Sequence record: MK568540.2
DNA: 64,000 nucleotides
Strand: one strand, 5' to 3'
Both the position numbers and the translations under genes were made by a program. Shown here in pieces: positions 34,330-43,297 of the stretch. Positions within the stretch are counted from its first letter, which is position 1. Every line of letters starts with the position of its first letter. The notes beneath the pieces are model-generated. The model did no database searches, was not told where the DNA came from, and was given only the letters and a program-made list of their open reading frames with translations.

Positions 34330-34827
34330 CTATTTAATTGTGATGAATTGACTGTTGCGAGTTTCACGCACTAGCACCTTGCCGTCTTTCTCGACATAAT
34401 GCAAGATTGATTTAACTACGCGAAGATCTGATGCAAGTACATCATCAAGCGAACCATCCCCTGCGATAATAGATTTCGCAGATTTAACCGCGCTATCAGA
34501 AGCAGTCATGAAAAATTCACGACCACGACGGAATGGCAATGGCATTGGTTCAAATGATTCATCGATTGGTAGTTCTACTTTCTCAACGACTTCAGGTTTC
34601 ACTTCAGAAATTTCTTTAATTTCTTTGGTTTCTTCTTTCGTCTCTACAAGAAGTTCTTCCCATGGTAGTTGTTTCAATGGCGTTTTACCTTCAGCTTCTT
34701 CTACAAGCTTCTTAGCCATTGCGCCTTTTGATTTACGACGGTCAAGTTCGATGCCGTAATATTCTTTTGCAAACTCGTCTAGTTTTTCTTTAGTTAACGA
34801 CTCTGCATGTTTTTTCAATTGACTCAT
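34330..34827 (-). CDS. inh: inhibitor of prohead protease
   Basis: C-terminus ILHYVEKDGKVLVRETRNSQFITIK matches T4 Inh; KL.EFA..Y.GI N-terminus. Confidence 0.88.
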   Translation of the reverse strand: MSQLKKHAESLTKEKLDEFAKEYYGIELDRRKSKGAMAKKLVEEAEGKTPLKQLPWEELLVETKEETKEIKEISEVKPEVVEKVELPIDESFEPMPLPFRRGREFFMTASDSAVKSAKSIIAGDGSLDDVLASDLRVVKSILHYVEKDGKVLVRETRNSQFITIK

Positions 34828-34857
34828 TGTGAATCTCCAAATTTAATCATTCATTTA

Positions 34858-34865
34858 TATTTATT
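34858..34865 (-). promoter_or_regulatory. late promoter for inh
   Basis: AATAAATA. Confidence 0.5.
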
Positions 34866-36318
34866 ACGGGATGCGTAACGTTGCGTCAGATACGATAATT
34901 GATGTCGAACCAGTTCTATTCTCGACATACAATTCAATGTAATCACCCTCTGAAACGTCCAATTGCCATGAAAGAGACAAGTTACCAGCCTTGCCATTAT
35001 CAGCAGTCGTCGTCTTCGCGCTCCCTATGATAGGAACACCGTTAATAGCGAGATAGCATCGAATCACAACACCGTTACCTGACGATGGTTGTACACTTAC
35101 AGATGCATCTATGCTAGTCGAAATTGTTCTTATTACTTGTGACGTTAAGCGACCAGCCGTCGTTGCTGAGAAGTGTGATGTTTCTTGTACAACCCATGTT
35201 CCCGCTGCTAAAGTCGGTGTATTGACAGCACCAACAATTGTAGGCGTTGCATTATCTGTAAGTGACAGCAAGCCACCGTGTACTGTGTTACCGATTAGTG
35301 TGTTACCGATACTTTCAAATTTGTAATCGCGAGGTGTCAAACTTCCCGGTGCAAATATCGTACCATTCAATGCACCGCGTAACGTACAGTTACGAACGTT
35401 GATTGTATCAATAGTATCTTGAATATTCGGATCGAAATTAAAGATCGTCTCGTTTGTACCTAGTGAGCACGTAACTGTATCTATGTTAATTGAACCAGTT
35501 GACGATGTACCCTGTACAGTGAAATAAGTACAACCTGCTTGGTTATTACCAAACACGAAGAACGTATTAACTTCGAAAAAGCCAGGGTCGTGAACAATCA
35601 ATCCCTGATTGAAGTTTCTAAATGTACCGTTATTGAACACGATAGTCGAAAGACCACCACAATAAACCTCACCTAGACTTGCACAGTTGTTGAATCGGTC
35701 TGCATATCTCGACTGAAACGAGAACCCACCTGCACCTGAAATCAAATTGAACATATCAGCATTCGGCGCATTAAACTCAGTCTGACCAGCAATTTCAATG
35801 TTTCCTTGAGCGCCTAGATCGTGGAACATTGCATCTGTCCCTGTGTAAGTTAGCACTGAACGATTGACTGCTTTGATTGTCGCGCTGATGCCCGGTCCCG
35901 GGAACCCTAGAGCATTCGATATATCAACGTCACCATCAATTACATACTCTTTCCCTTCGAGTTTATGGGTAAGAACCCCGTTGATTAGCTGAGGTGAAGG
36001 TAAATCGGCTTCACTTCGAACGTAAACAACATTTAGCGGGTCGTTGTAATAAAGCTCTTCAAGTGCATCATGTACGTTAATTGAATCTAATAGCGTAGAT
36101 GTCAATGTAATGTCATTTGCTGTATATGTCGGGTACGTTGGTAAAACCCATTGAAAGTCTTTTCTTACGTATTCTTGCCCGTCGGCAGGTGCTTCAAGTA
36201 CACCATCTGAGAGAGCGATTAACTCCCATGTGGCATTTCGTCTACCGTATAGCTGACCGTCATTTGGTGATTCAGGTACAGCAGAATAGCCGAAGCCAGG
36301 TATATTAATACTTGACAT
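34864..36318 (-). CDS. putative trimeric virion fibre or decoration protein (tandem foldon motifs, beta-helix-like core, C1q/BclA-like tip)
   Basis: [18 protein letters not shown] and [18 protein letters not shown] at the N-terminus; YLAING...[18 protein letters not shown] at the C-terminus. Confidence 0.7.
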   Translation of the reverse strand: [484 protein letters not shown]

Positions 36319-36327
36319 AGTATTCCC

Positions 36328-36669
36328 TTAATAAATTAGTGTTATTTTACCTGCACCTCGCAGCCATACGCGCAAGTTGCTGTTAAACATTCTCCCCTGA
36401 GCCTCGAAATGTCCCTGAGAGCCGATTAGATGAAAATCGGTATCTTCTGGTATCGGGTCTCGCTCGCCCTCAGTTTCGTTATAAAACCCTCCAAAGGCAA
36501 TCTCAACTGCGATTTGTTCTTCACTATTCAGAACTGCAAAATAGTTACTATCAGACCCACATGGGCTACTAGGCAAATCGATGTAAATCGCACCTTTATA
36601 ATCAGGCAAATTAATCCCGTGACTACGACGGCTACGATATTTTTGAATCTCGTATTTTGTATATTCCAT
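36328..36669 (-). CDS. hypothetical late protein
   Basis: 113 aa, beta-rich, downstream of a CTAAATA late promoter. Confidence 0.7.
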   Translation of the reverse strand: MEYTKYEIQKYRSRRSHGINLPDYKGAIYIDLPSSPCGSDSNYFAVLNSEEQIAVEIAFGGFYNETEGERDPIPEDTDFHLIGSQGHFEAQGRMFNSNLRVWLRGAGKITLIY

Positions 36670-36688
36670 GATCTTCCCATAAATCTGG

Positions 36689-36717
36689 TTGACTTATATT
36701 ATTTAGTCTTGTACAGT
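36689..36717. promoter_or_regulatory. overlapping divergent promoters (early on plus for cca, late on minus)
   Basis: TTGACT-17-TACAGT on plus; CTAAATA on minus at 36700-36706. Confidence 0.6.
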
Positions 36718-36740
36718 ATAGGTTCACTAAGGAGAATAAA

Positions 36741-37838
36741 ATGAAAGCGAAAATGAACTTAATGCAAAAATACATTGTCGGTGGCGCAGTACGCGACTCT
36801 ATACTGAAACACGTAGAGGGCTGGTCTAGATTCCCGAAAGATATTGATTACGTCGTCACTGGTTGTACACACGAACAAATGATGGCTATGTACGGCGAAC
36901 CTATCGGTGCTGATTTCCCTGTTTGGCTAGATCGAAACAACAATGAAGTCGCGCTTGCTCGTGTTGAACGTAGCACTGGTGACAAAACTACTGACTTCAC
37001 TTTCACAACTGATGGGGTCACGTTAGAAGATGACTTATCACGTCGAGATCTGACTATCAACTCAATGGCTATACCTGACATGACGCCAAATAGTCTGTTT
37101 ATGTTTGGTTCAACTGATGATGTCATCGACCCGTACGGCGGTCTAGATGACTTGAAGAACAAGATTCTCCGTCATACAACTGAAGCGTTTGCCGAAGACC
37201 CGTTGCGTGTTCTGCGCGTCGCTCGTTTCTATGCTCGATACTACAGCATGGGATTTACAGTCGCAGAAGAGACAGTTGAGCTATGCAAGAAAATGATCAA
37301 CGACGGTATGCTTGAGAATCTGCCGAAAGAACGTGTTTGGCTTGAAACACAAAAAGCACTGTCAGAAAAAGACGCGCACATGTACTTTGCATTCTTAGGT
37401 CAAGTGGGATTCTGTGCTGCACCATCTGCACGCGAACTACTTGAGTTGAAGTACTACAACCGTATGCCATTTAAATGCGAAGACGTTCAGATGATTGCTA
37501 AGTGGGCATCGTTTGATCATCGTAATCGTTACACTCGTAAGTTCGGTGCGACTAAGCAGTATGACAAAGCATCTGAGTTGCTGATGTCACTTAACGTTGC
37601 AAATGTATTCGACGAGACTATTGTAATTGTATTGCGTAAGCTAGGTGCATATAAAGAAGGTCTTCCGTTTGAAGTTGCGCTATCACAAGTGAAAGATGTT
37701 GTGAAGCGTCAAATTATTACCGATTTGATTGAACTGACACGTAATGTCAAAGTAGACGTTGAGCCGGGCCCTGAATATGGTGCAGCATTAGAAGACGCAC
37801 GAATGACAATCGCATACGATTATTTGCATTGTCTATAA
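36741..37838 (+). CDS. cca: tRNA nucleotidyltransferase (CCA-adding enzyme)
   Basis: YIVGGAVRD, KDIDYVV, LARVE, LEDDLSRRDLTINSMA, F.EDPLRVLRVARF. Confidence 0.96.
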   Translation: MKAKMNLMQKYIVGGAVRDSILKHVEGWSRFPKDIDYVVTGCTHEQMMAMYGEPIGADFPVWLDRNNNEVALARVERSTGDKTTDFTFTTDGVTLEDDLSRRDLTINSMAIPDMTPNSLFMFGSTDDVIDPYGGLDDLKNKILRHTTEAFAEDPLRVLRVARFYARYYSMGFTVAEETVELCKKMINDGMLENLPKERVWLETQKALSEKDAHMYFAFLGQVGFCAAPSARELLELKYYNRMPFKCEDVQMIAKWASFDHRNRYTRKFGATKQYDKASELLMSLNVANVFDETIVIVLRKLGAYKEGLPFEVALSQVKDVVKRQIITDLIELTRNVKVDVEPGPEYGAALEDARMTIAYDYLHCL

Positions 37839-37842
37839 ACGC

Positions 37843-37869
37843 AAAAAGGGACTCCGAAGAGTCCCTTTT
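37843..37869. terminator. bidirectional terminator (gene 23 / cca)
   Basis: GGGACTC-TTCG-GAGTCCC-TTTTT on minus; T-run also on plus. Confidence 0.9.
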
Positions 37870-37894
37870 GTTGTCTGTTTCAATTAAGAGTCTA

Positions 37895-39439
37895 TTATAG
37901 ACCCTTAACGAATACACGACGGAAGTAAGCGTTTTTACCCATTGAAGCTGCAACAGGCGCGCCGTTACCAACTTTTTCAGCAGCCTTAGTAGGATCTGCG
38001 AATGGGTTAACTTGAATACCGTAACGAGTTTTGAAACCAATTACAGGTTGGAAGTTCTTGCTGTCTGAACCACGTAGTGGAGTCAGCGGTACGTATGGTG
38101 AGTAGAACACACCCGCGTCCATTTCAGTAGAACCTTTGAAACCAACTGTGAAGTAATCGTTCACTGCGTATTGGTCGATGAACACTTTGAAGCGACCACC
38201 TAGAACACCCGCGAACACAGTTTGGTTTGTGTCAGTGTTCATTGAACCGTCTTGCATACCTTGTGCAGCAGGGCCAACAAGAGTATCAGTCATTGATAGT
38301 GCAGAAACTACGTTGCGTGATGCAATGATGAAGTTACCGTTACCACGACCAGTTTGACGACCGATTTCGTTCGCTTCTTTCTCAATTTGAATTAGTAGAG
38401 CTTTGTAAGCTTCACCAGCCCAACGAGCACCTTTAACGTCTACAGCGTCTGCGAAGTCGAATACACCCGCTGCGCCTTGACCTTGAGTCCAACCAGACTT
38501 ACCGATTTGCGCTTGAGAGTTAACTAGGTTAACGATTTCGCGGTTAAGCTCAACCATAACTTCGTTAGCAAGAATACCGCTAAGTTCAGCGTCAGCGTCT
38601 AGACCGTGTACAGCACGTAGATCTTGTGCAAGCTCGATTGAGTATTGAGCTTTCAATTGACGTGATTTCGCTTCAACAACTTGTTTGTCGATGCGGAATG
38701 ACATCTCGTTCCACTCGTTGTTGCTTGAACCGTTGAAGTTCTCTTGTAGTTCAGCCTGAGATGTTGCCATACCAGCGTCGATCTCAACTAGAAGACCACC
38801 TGCAACTGCGTCAGTGTATTCTGTAGCAGTCATTTCACCTGCAACTGCTAGAGTAACAGCGCCAAGTGCTAGGAAGTAACGAGTGTCAACGTCGCCGCCA
38901 GAAGTAGTTACTTCAGCTTTGTACGGAGTACCGTCAGTTGCAGCACCAGTAGTTGGGAAATCTGCAATTGTTGATGCAGCAGCTTGACCAGAGAACGAAG
39001 CGTCAGCTTGACGAGTCGGGTGGAAAGCTTCTTTACCAGTTAGCGGGTCTTTACCGTATACTGAGCGAAGTGTGAATACTTGGCTAGTTGGGCCAGTCAT
39101 TGGCTGAACACCAGCGATATCGAATGCGATAAGCTGAGGAATAGCACGACGAACCATACCCATTACAGTCGGACCGATGTTTGTTACTGCACCAGTAGTA
39201 ACACCTTGAGCGATGTTAGACGGATCGTAACCATGGTCACCGTTAACTACAGCTTCGTTTAGACCAGCATTGAATGCTTCGATTAACTGTGGGTCACGGT
39301 ACATTGGATCGTTGTTGATGTCGCGATCTTGGTTTTCAAAGATTTTCGACATGATTTTTTGCTTAGTTGCAGTCGCAATCTCTGGCATTTCCGCACCGTC
39401 TGCTTCAAGCAATTCTTTCCATTTTTCAGTTAGGTTCAT
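37895..39439 (-). CDS. 23: major capsid protein
   Basis: LIAFDIAGVQPMTGPT, KSRQLKAQYSIELAQDLRAVHG, FQPVIGFKTRYG. Confidence 0.99.
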   Translation of the reverse strand: MNLTEKWKELLEADGAEMPEIATATKQKIMSKIFENQDRDINNDPMYRDPQLIEAFNAGLNEAVVNGDHGYDPSNIAQGVTTGAVTNIGPTVMGMVRRAIPQLIAFDIAGVQPMTGPTSQVFTLRSVYGKDPLTGKEAFHPTRQADASFSGQAAASTIADFPTTGAATDGTPYKAEVTTSGGDVDTRYFLALGAVTLAVAGEMTATEYTDAVAGGLLVEIDAGMATSQAELQENFNGSSNNEWNEMSFRIDKQVVEAKSRQLKAQYSIELAQDLRAVHGLDADAELSGILANEVMVELNREIVNLVNSQAQIGKSGWTQGQGAAGVFDFADAVDVKGARWAGEAYKALLIQIEKEANEIGRQTGRGNGNFIIASRNVVSALSMTDTLVGPAAQGMQDGSMNTDTNQTVFAGVLGGRFKVFIDQYAVNDYFTVGFKGSTEMDAGVFYSPYVPLTPLRGSDSKNFQPVIGFKTRYGIQVNPFADPTKAAEKVGNGAPVAASMGKNAYFRRVFVKGL

Positions 39440-39477
39440 TTGAATGATTCCTTAATTTGTTCTAAAATTTATAGATG

Positions 39478-39485
39478 TATTTATA
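39478..39485 (-). promoter_or_regulatory. late promoter for gene 23
   Basis: Perfect TATAAATA. Confidence 0.8.
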
Positions 39486-39509
39486 TAACGCTTTTTGACG
39501 TTTTATTGC

Positions 39510-40367
39510 TTATCGATTAGTACGAGCAGCTTTCAAGTATGCAGCCATAGATGGTACTGCGGATTCTTTCATATCTTTGTCGTCTTTCTTGTCAGCGTCG
39601 TCTTCACCGTCTTTTTTATCAGCCGGTTTTTTGTCGTCATCACTTGGCATATCTTCTTTTTCAGCAAGTTTGATGCCTGATGCGAACTTGATAACACTAT
39701 TTAGATTGTCTTCAAAGTTCTCGTCGAAGCGAATTGATTCAGCTAGGTCAGAAACTTTCTCTTTTTGAGAGTCAGCCATACCAGCAGTCACGCGCTCGAT
39801 GATGATATTTTTTTCTACGTAGTTAGCGTATTCTTTGTGTTGACGGTTCTCGATAACAACTGTATCTAGACGACCTTCAAGATCTTGAATGTTTTCTTCA
39901 AGAGCTTCGATCATATCGATCTTCTCGTCTGGGCAGTGAACGTTGTTCTCAATGAATACATTCTTCATGCCTTCCATCAACCCGTCGAACATTGAAACTT
40001 TTAGACCGTTTTCAACAGCTAGTTTGTTTTCAGTCATCCATGTTTCAACAACGTGGTCTAGATATGAATCTAGTTTATTCGACATTTGCTCTGCTAGATG
40101 TTCACCGTATTTTTCAGCGGCTTCATCAAGCTCTGCTTTGTGTTCGTTGATTACTGCTTCTGCCTTTTCAGCAGCTTCAGCGATATGTGCTTCAGCAAGC
40201 TCAACGGCTTTAGTTTTGATTACACTTTCGAAAACAGTGCTGAACTTATTACGAACATCTTCGGAAAGTTCAACTGATTCAAAAATGCCATCCAAAGCAG
40301 TAGTGATTTTTGCATCGTCTTGCGATACAGCTTCAAGTAGTTGCTCTTTGATTTGCATCTTCTTCAA
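39510..40367 (-). CDS. 22: prohead core scaffold protein
   Basis: IFESV.LS...F..VFE, YLDHVV..W..EN..A, M.AYL.AA C-terminus; synteny. Confidence 0.95.
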   Translation of the reverse strand: MKKMQIKEQLLEAVSQDDAKITTALDGIFESVELSEDVRNKFSTVFESVIKTKAVELAEAHIAEAAEKAEAVINEHKAELDEAAEKYGEHLAEQMSNKLDSYLDHVVETWMTENKLAVENGLKVSMFDGLMEGMKNVFIENNVHCPDEKIDMIEALEENIQDLEGRLDTVVIENRQHKEYANYVEKNIIIERVTAGMADSQKEKVSDLAESIRFDENFEDNLNSVIKFASGIKLAEKEDMPSDDDKKPADKKDGEDDADKKDDKDMKESAVPSMAAYLKAARTNR

Positions 40368-40387
40368 TTCCTTAAATATGTTTTATA

Positions 40388-40395
40388 TATTTATA
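40388..40395 (-). promoter_or_regulatory. late promoter for gene 22
   Basis: Perfect TATAAATA. Confidence 0.75.
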
Positions 40396-41032
40396 AGAGA
40401 GTTTTTAACGTTTCCGCTAGTTTCGCAAATTCAGCGTCATTACTTTCTGTAATTTCTTCTGTTTTTACTGACTTAGCAGCTTCATTTGACTCAGTTACTG
40501 GTTTAACGTAAGCAGCAGGTGCACTAGGACCCCACACTACATCAACGCCTACTGTAAGACGGAAATCTTGCACTTCGTTGATGCCGTCAACTTGCTTAAC
40601 TGAACCAAGACCTCTTGAACTCACGCCCGGTACCCAACCACCTTCGATCAGACCTCGAACTATTTGTCCCTTCGGTGTATTTAGTACGATAGCTTTACCC
40701 ATTACGTTATCGCCGTCCCACCACAACTCAGTAATTCGAATCGCAGCTTCAGCGGGGTCAACGTTTGAACGACTTGGGTGATTAAGCTCGCCCAACGCTT
40801 GATTCGTGTTGACTTGTTCTTTCATGTATTTAGATACAGCATTTTCCATGACTTTTTTCGGGTATCGACGACCATTACGGTTTACGACATTCGATTGCAT
40901 GAAAATACCTTCGATGTACAAGTCACCGCCCTTTTCCGTGGGCATTTTCGCTTCAACAAGAGGCTTTTCACCGAAGCTATCAGCGCAACCGCTAGATAAA
41001 CCCCAGTCTTCAATTAAGAGTTGTAATTCCAT
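40391..41032 (-). CDS. 21: prohead protease
   Basis: LYIEGIFMQS.VVNRNGR.YP, ALGELNHP, GVSSRGLGS, DVVWGPSAP.A. Confidence 0.98.
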   Translation of the reverse strand: MELQLLIEDWGLSSGCADSFGEKPLVEAKMPTEKGGDLYIEGIFMQSNVVNRNGRRYPKKVMENAVSKYMKEQVNTNQALGELNHPSRSNVDPAEAAIRITELWWDGDNVMGKAIVLNTPKGQIVRGLIEGGWVPGVSSRGLGSVKQVDGINEVQDFRLTVGVDVVWGPSAPAAYVKPVTESNEAAKSVKTEEITESNDAEFAKLAETLKTLL

Positions 41033-41034
41033 AA

Positions 41035-41526
41035 TTAAAGCCCCATTTGTTGACGCTTCTTCATCGACTTCTTACGCAATTTTTTTGCTTTACGATCTGC
41101 ACTAGTGCCTTTCATACGCTTGCGTGTTTTAGCCGCTTTTCGCGCTGTTTTTTGTCTCTTCGATTTACTTAGACCAGTTGTTTGAGTCGCTTTTCGCGCT
41201 CTGGTTTTTCGGTCTTTGCGCTTCGTAATTAAACTACCGCCAGCTTTTTTGTTAGCAATAGAAACTTGCTTAACTAGCTTTTCGGAAAGTTCGAATTTTT
41301 CACACGCTTCATCGATTGATAACCCGTCTTCAAGAGAACTTAGCACGTCAAGTACAACTTCAACTTCGTTCGTGATGTCTTTATTGCTGTGAACGCCGAT
41401 ATCTTCAGCTTCAGCAAACGCTTTGATAGTGTCGCTGATATCTTGGCGATCTAACTGACCACCAAGAACTGCTTCTACCAAATCTTCGACGATTTTCTCT
41501 TGAACGGCTTCGGAAATGAACTTCAT
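41035..41526 (-). CDS. 68: prohead core protein
   Basis: Acidic N-half, Lys/Arg-rich C-half (R...ARKA.KT...RK..KSMKKR..MGL); synteny. Confidence 0.9.
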   Translation of the reverse strand: MKFISEAVQEKIVEDLVEAVLGGQLDRQDISDTIKAFAEAEDIGVHSNKDITNEVEVVLDVLSSLEDGLSIDEACEKFELSEKLVKQVSIANKKAGGSLITKRKDRKTRARKATQTTGLSKSKRQKTARKAAKTRKRMKGTSADRKAKKLRKKSMKKRQQMGL

Positions 41527-41694
41527 TTAGTCCTCCTGATTGATTTCACCGTCTACTGTAATTGAACGACCAAGTTCTTGCTTCATGTCGTCAATACGCG
41601 CCGCTACACGCTGACCGATTTCTTGGCGAAATTGAGATTCAAAATCTGCCAATTTACCGTCTCGTGCCGCTGCTACCATTGTTTCTAAGCTCAT
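41527..41694 (-). CDS. 67: prohead core protein (55 aa), not in ORF track
   Basis: MSLETMVAAARDGKLADFESQF...; located between genes 20 and 68. Confidence 0.8.
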   Translation of the reverse strand: MSLETMVAAARDGKLADFESQFRQEIGQRVAARIDDMKQELGRSITVDGEINQED

Positions 41695-41707
41695 TATGTG
41701 CTACCTC

Positions 41708-43258
41708 TTAAAATCCGTGATCGTCTTGTTGGAACCTTGGGTTTGTCTCTTCTTCGTCAATTTCACTCTGCATAGCAGTGATTTGATCGTCAGACAAACG
41801 TAAAATGTTCTTCTGAATGTATTTATGACTGTAATATTTGCCCGCGTACTCTTGCACGTCGCGCATTGCGTTCATACGACTATTTAGAATCTCTAATTCC
41901 TTAGCTTCTTCAAAATACGAGTCTTGGTTGAAAACAACATACAGTTTTTCGTGGTTTGCATCCCACTCTTCTTCTGTTATGATGTTATTTACAATCAACT
42001 GATGTTTTAACGGGTCAGTGATTACAGTTTCGAATTTCGTCTGCAAACGCTTAACGAATTTCGTGAATTTCAGCTCATCACGCGAAATTTCAGTGCCTTG
42101 ACCGAAGTTGATACCACCATTTTGATCTTCTGTCGCTGCGCGTGATGTAGGAATACGCATCGCTTTGTACAACTTACGATTGAAGTACAGAACGTCTTCG
42201 ATGTCACCAAGTGACTGACCGCCAGGTAGTGTGCTTACTTCTGTACCCTTCGAACCTTCTCGGCGAGGAAGATAGTAATCTTCAAGCATTGACATTGCGT
42301 TAGTCGTATTCTTGACTTTACCTGTTGATGTATCATACACAATGCGGTTTTTAACGTTTTGCATGATGCCGTTTACGTATTGCTGTGCTTTCTGAGTTGG
42401 CAAGTTACCTACGTCAACATAAAACACTCGACGTTCAGGTGCACGTGCTAGACGGTATATTACCAATGCGTCTTCTAGCATCTTCAACTGGTTCGCAGGT
42501 TTAATTGCGCGATCTAAGTAGCCGATAATATACGGCTCGTCAGCACATCCCTTCATTAACCCGCTGTGAGCAAATACGATAGCATCTTTCGGAATTCTGA
42601 ATGATGATTGTGAGCGAGAAGAACCACTCATCCATGACGGCATTTTGTAATCAGATTGCTTGTAAACGTAATACTCAAGCGTGCCCTTTACAACTTCAAC
42701 ACCATCAATAGTCTCTTTTTGAATTTCGCGAACTAGTTCCATTTTTGTCGGGTCTAGTGGGCGCAACTCAATGATATTATCTTCTTTGTCTAGAATTTTG
42801 TGAAAGTAGATTCGAGAATCAACGTACCATTTTCGAAACCACTTGTAGCCGTGCTTACGCATCTGTAGTAAGCCAACCACTCGATCAAATTCTTCGTTAA
42901 TTTTAGTCTTGATATTTTCTGAGAAGTCAGTGTTGTCTAAGTTCAACCACACAACTTCTTTATCGTTTTCATAAACGATAGCTTCATCGACGATTTCTTG
43001 AATAGCATCATCGACTTCGTGATATTCTGCTAGTGCTCGATATCCCTTTATCAACTCTTTTACGGGTACTGTCCCTTGAGCAGATTGACCGTCAGTCGGG
43101 ATAAAGTTAGTTCCCATTTGAGGTGCTAATAAGTTAGTATGAATCTCTTTAGCACCATCTACGTTATCTGGCGCAGAAAACGAACGGACAGGGTTTTTAT
43201 CGATTTGTTGTATTTCCTGTTCTTCTTCTTTCGCCCAGAATTTCATAAACTCTAACAT
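41708..43258 (-). CDS. 20: portal protein
   Basis: EVDDAI.EIV.EAIV, W...WYVD.R, EDALVIYRLARAPERRVFYVDVGNLP, MLEDYYLPRREG. Confidence 0.98.
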   Translation of the reverse strand: MLEFMKFWAKEEEQEIQQIDKNPVRSFSAPDNVDGAKEIHTNLLAPQMGTNFIPTDGQSAQGTVPVKELIKGYRALAEYHEVDDAIQEIVDEAIVYENDKEVVWLNLDNTDFSENIKTKINEEFDRVVGLLQMRKHGYKWFRKWYVDSRIYFHKILDKEDNIIELRPLDPTKMELVREIQKETIDGVEVVKGTLEYYVYKQSDYKMPSWMSGSSRSQSSFRIPKDAIVFAHSGLMKGCADEPYIIGYLDRAIKPANQLKMLEDALVIYRLARAPERRVFYVDVGNLPTQKAQQYVNGIMQNVKNRIVYDTSTGKVKNTTNAMSMLEDYYLPRREGSKGTEVSTLPGGQSLGDIEDVLYFNRKLYKAMRIPTSRAATEDQNGGINFGQGTEISRDELKFTKFVKRLQTKFETVITDPLKHQLIVNNIITEEEWDANHEKLYVVFNQDSYFEEAKELEILNSRMNAMRDVQEYAGKYYSHKYIQKNILRLSDDQITAMQSEIDEEETNPRFQQDDHGF

Positions 43259-43272
43259 ATTTTTACCTCAAT

Positions 43273-43292
43273 AAAGGGGCAATTAAGCCCCT
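43273..43292 (-). terminator. terminator-like hairpin after gene 19
   Basis: AGGGGC-TTAATT-GCCCCT-TT. Confidence 0.7.
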
Positions 43293-43297
43293 AGTCT

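Noticed and set aside
39943-40452. Long antisense ORFs (e.g. 39943-40452, 40806-41105, 6411-6737, 14762-15707, 47848-48210, 48343-48672)
   Set aside because: They lie fully opposite well-supported genes, lack RBS and promoters, and have Ser/Phe-rich shadow composition typical of codon-bias artefacts
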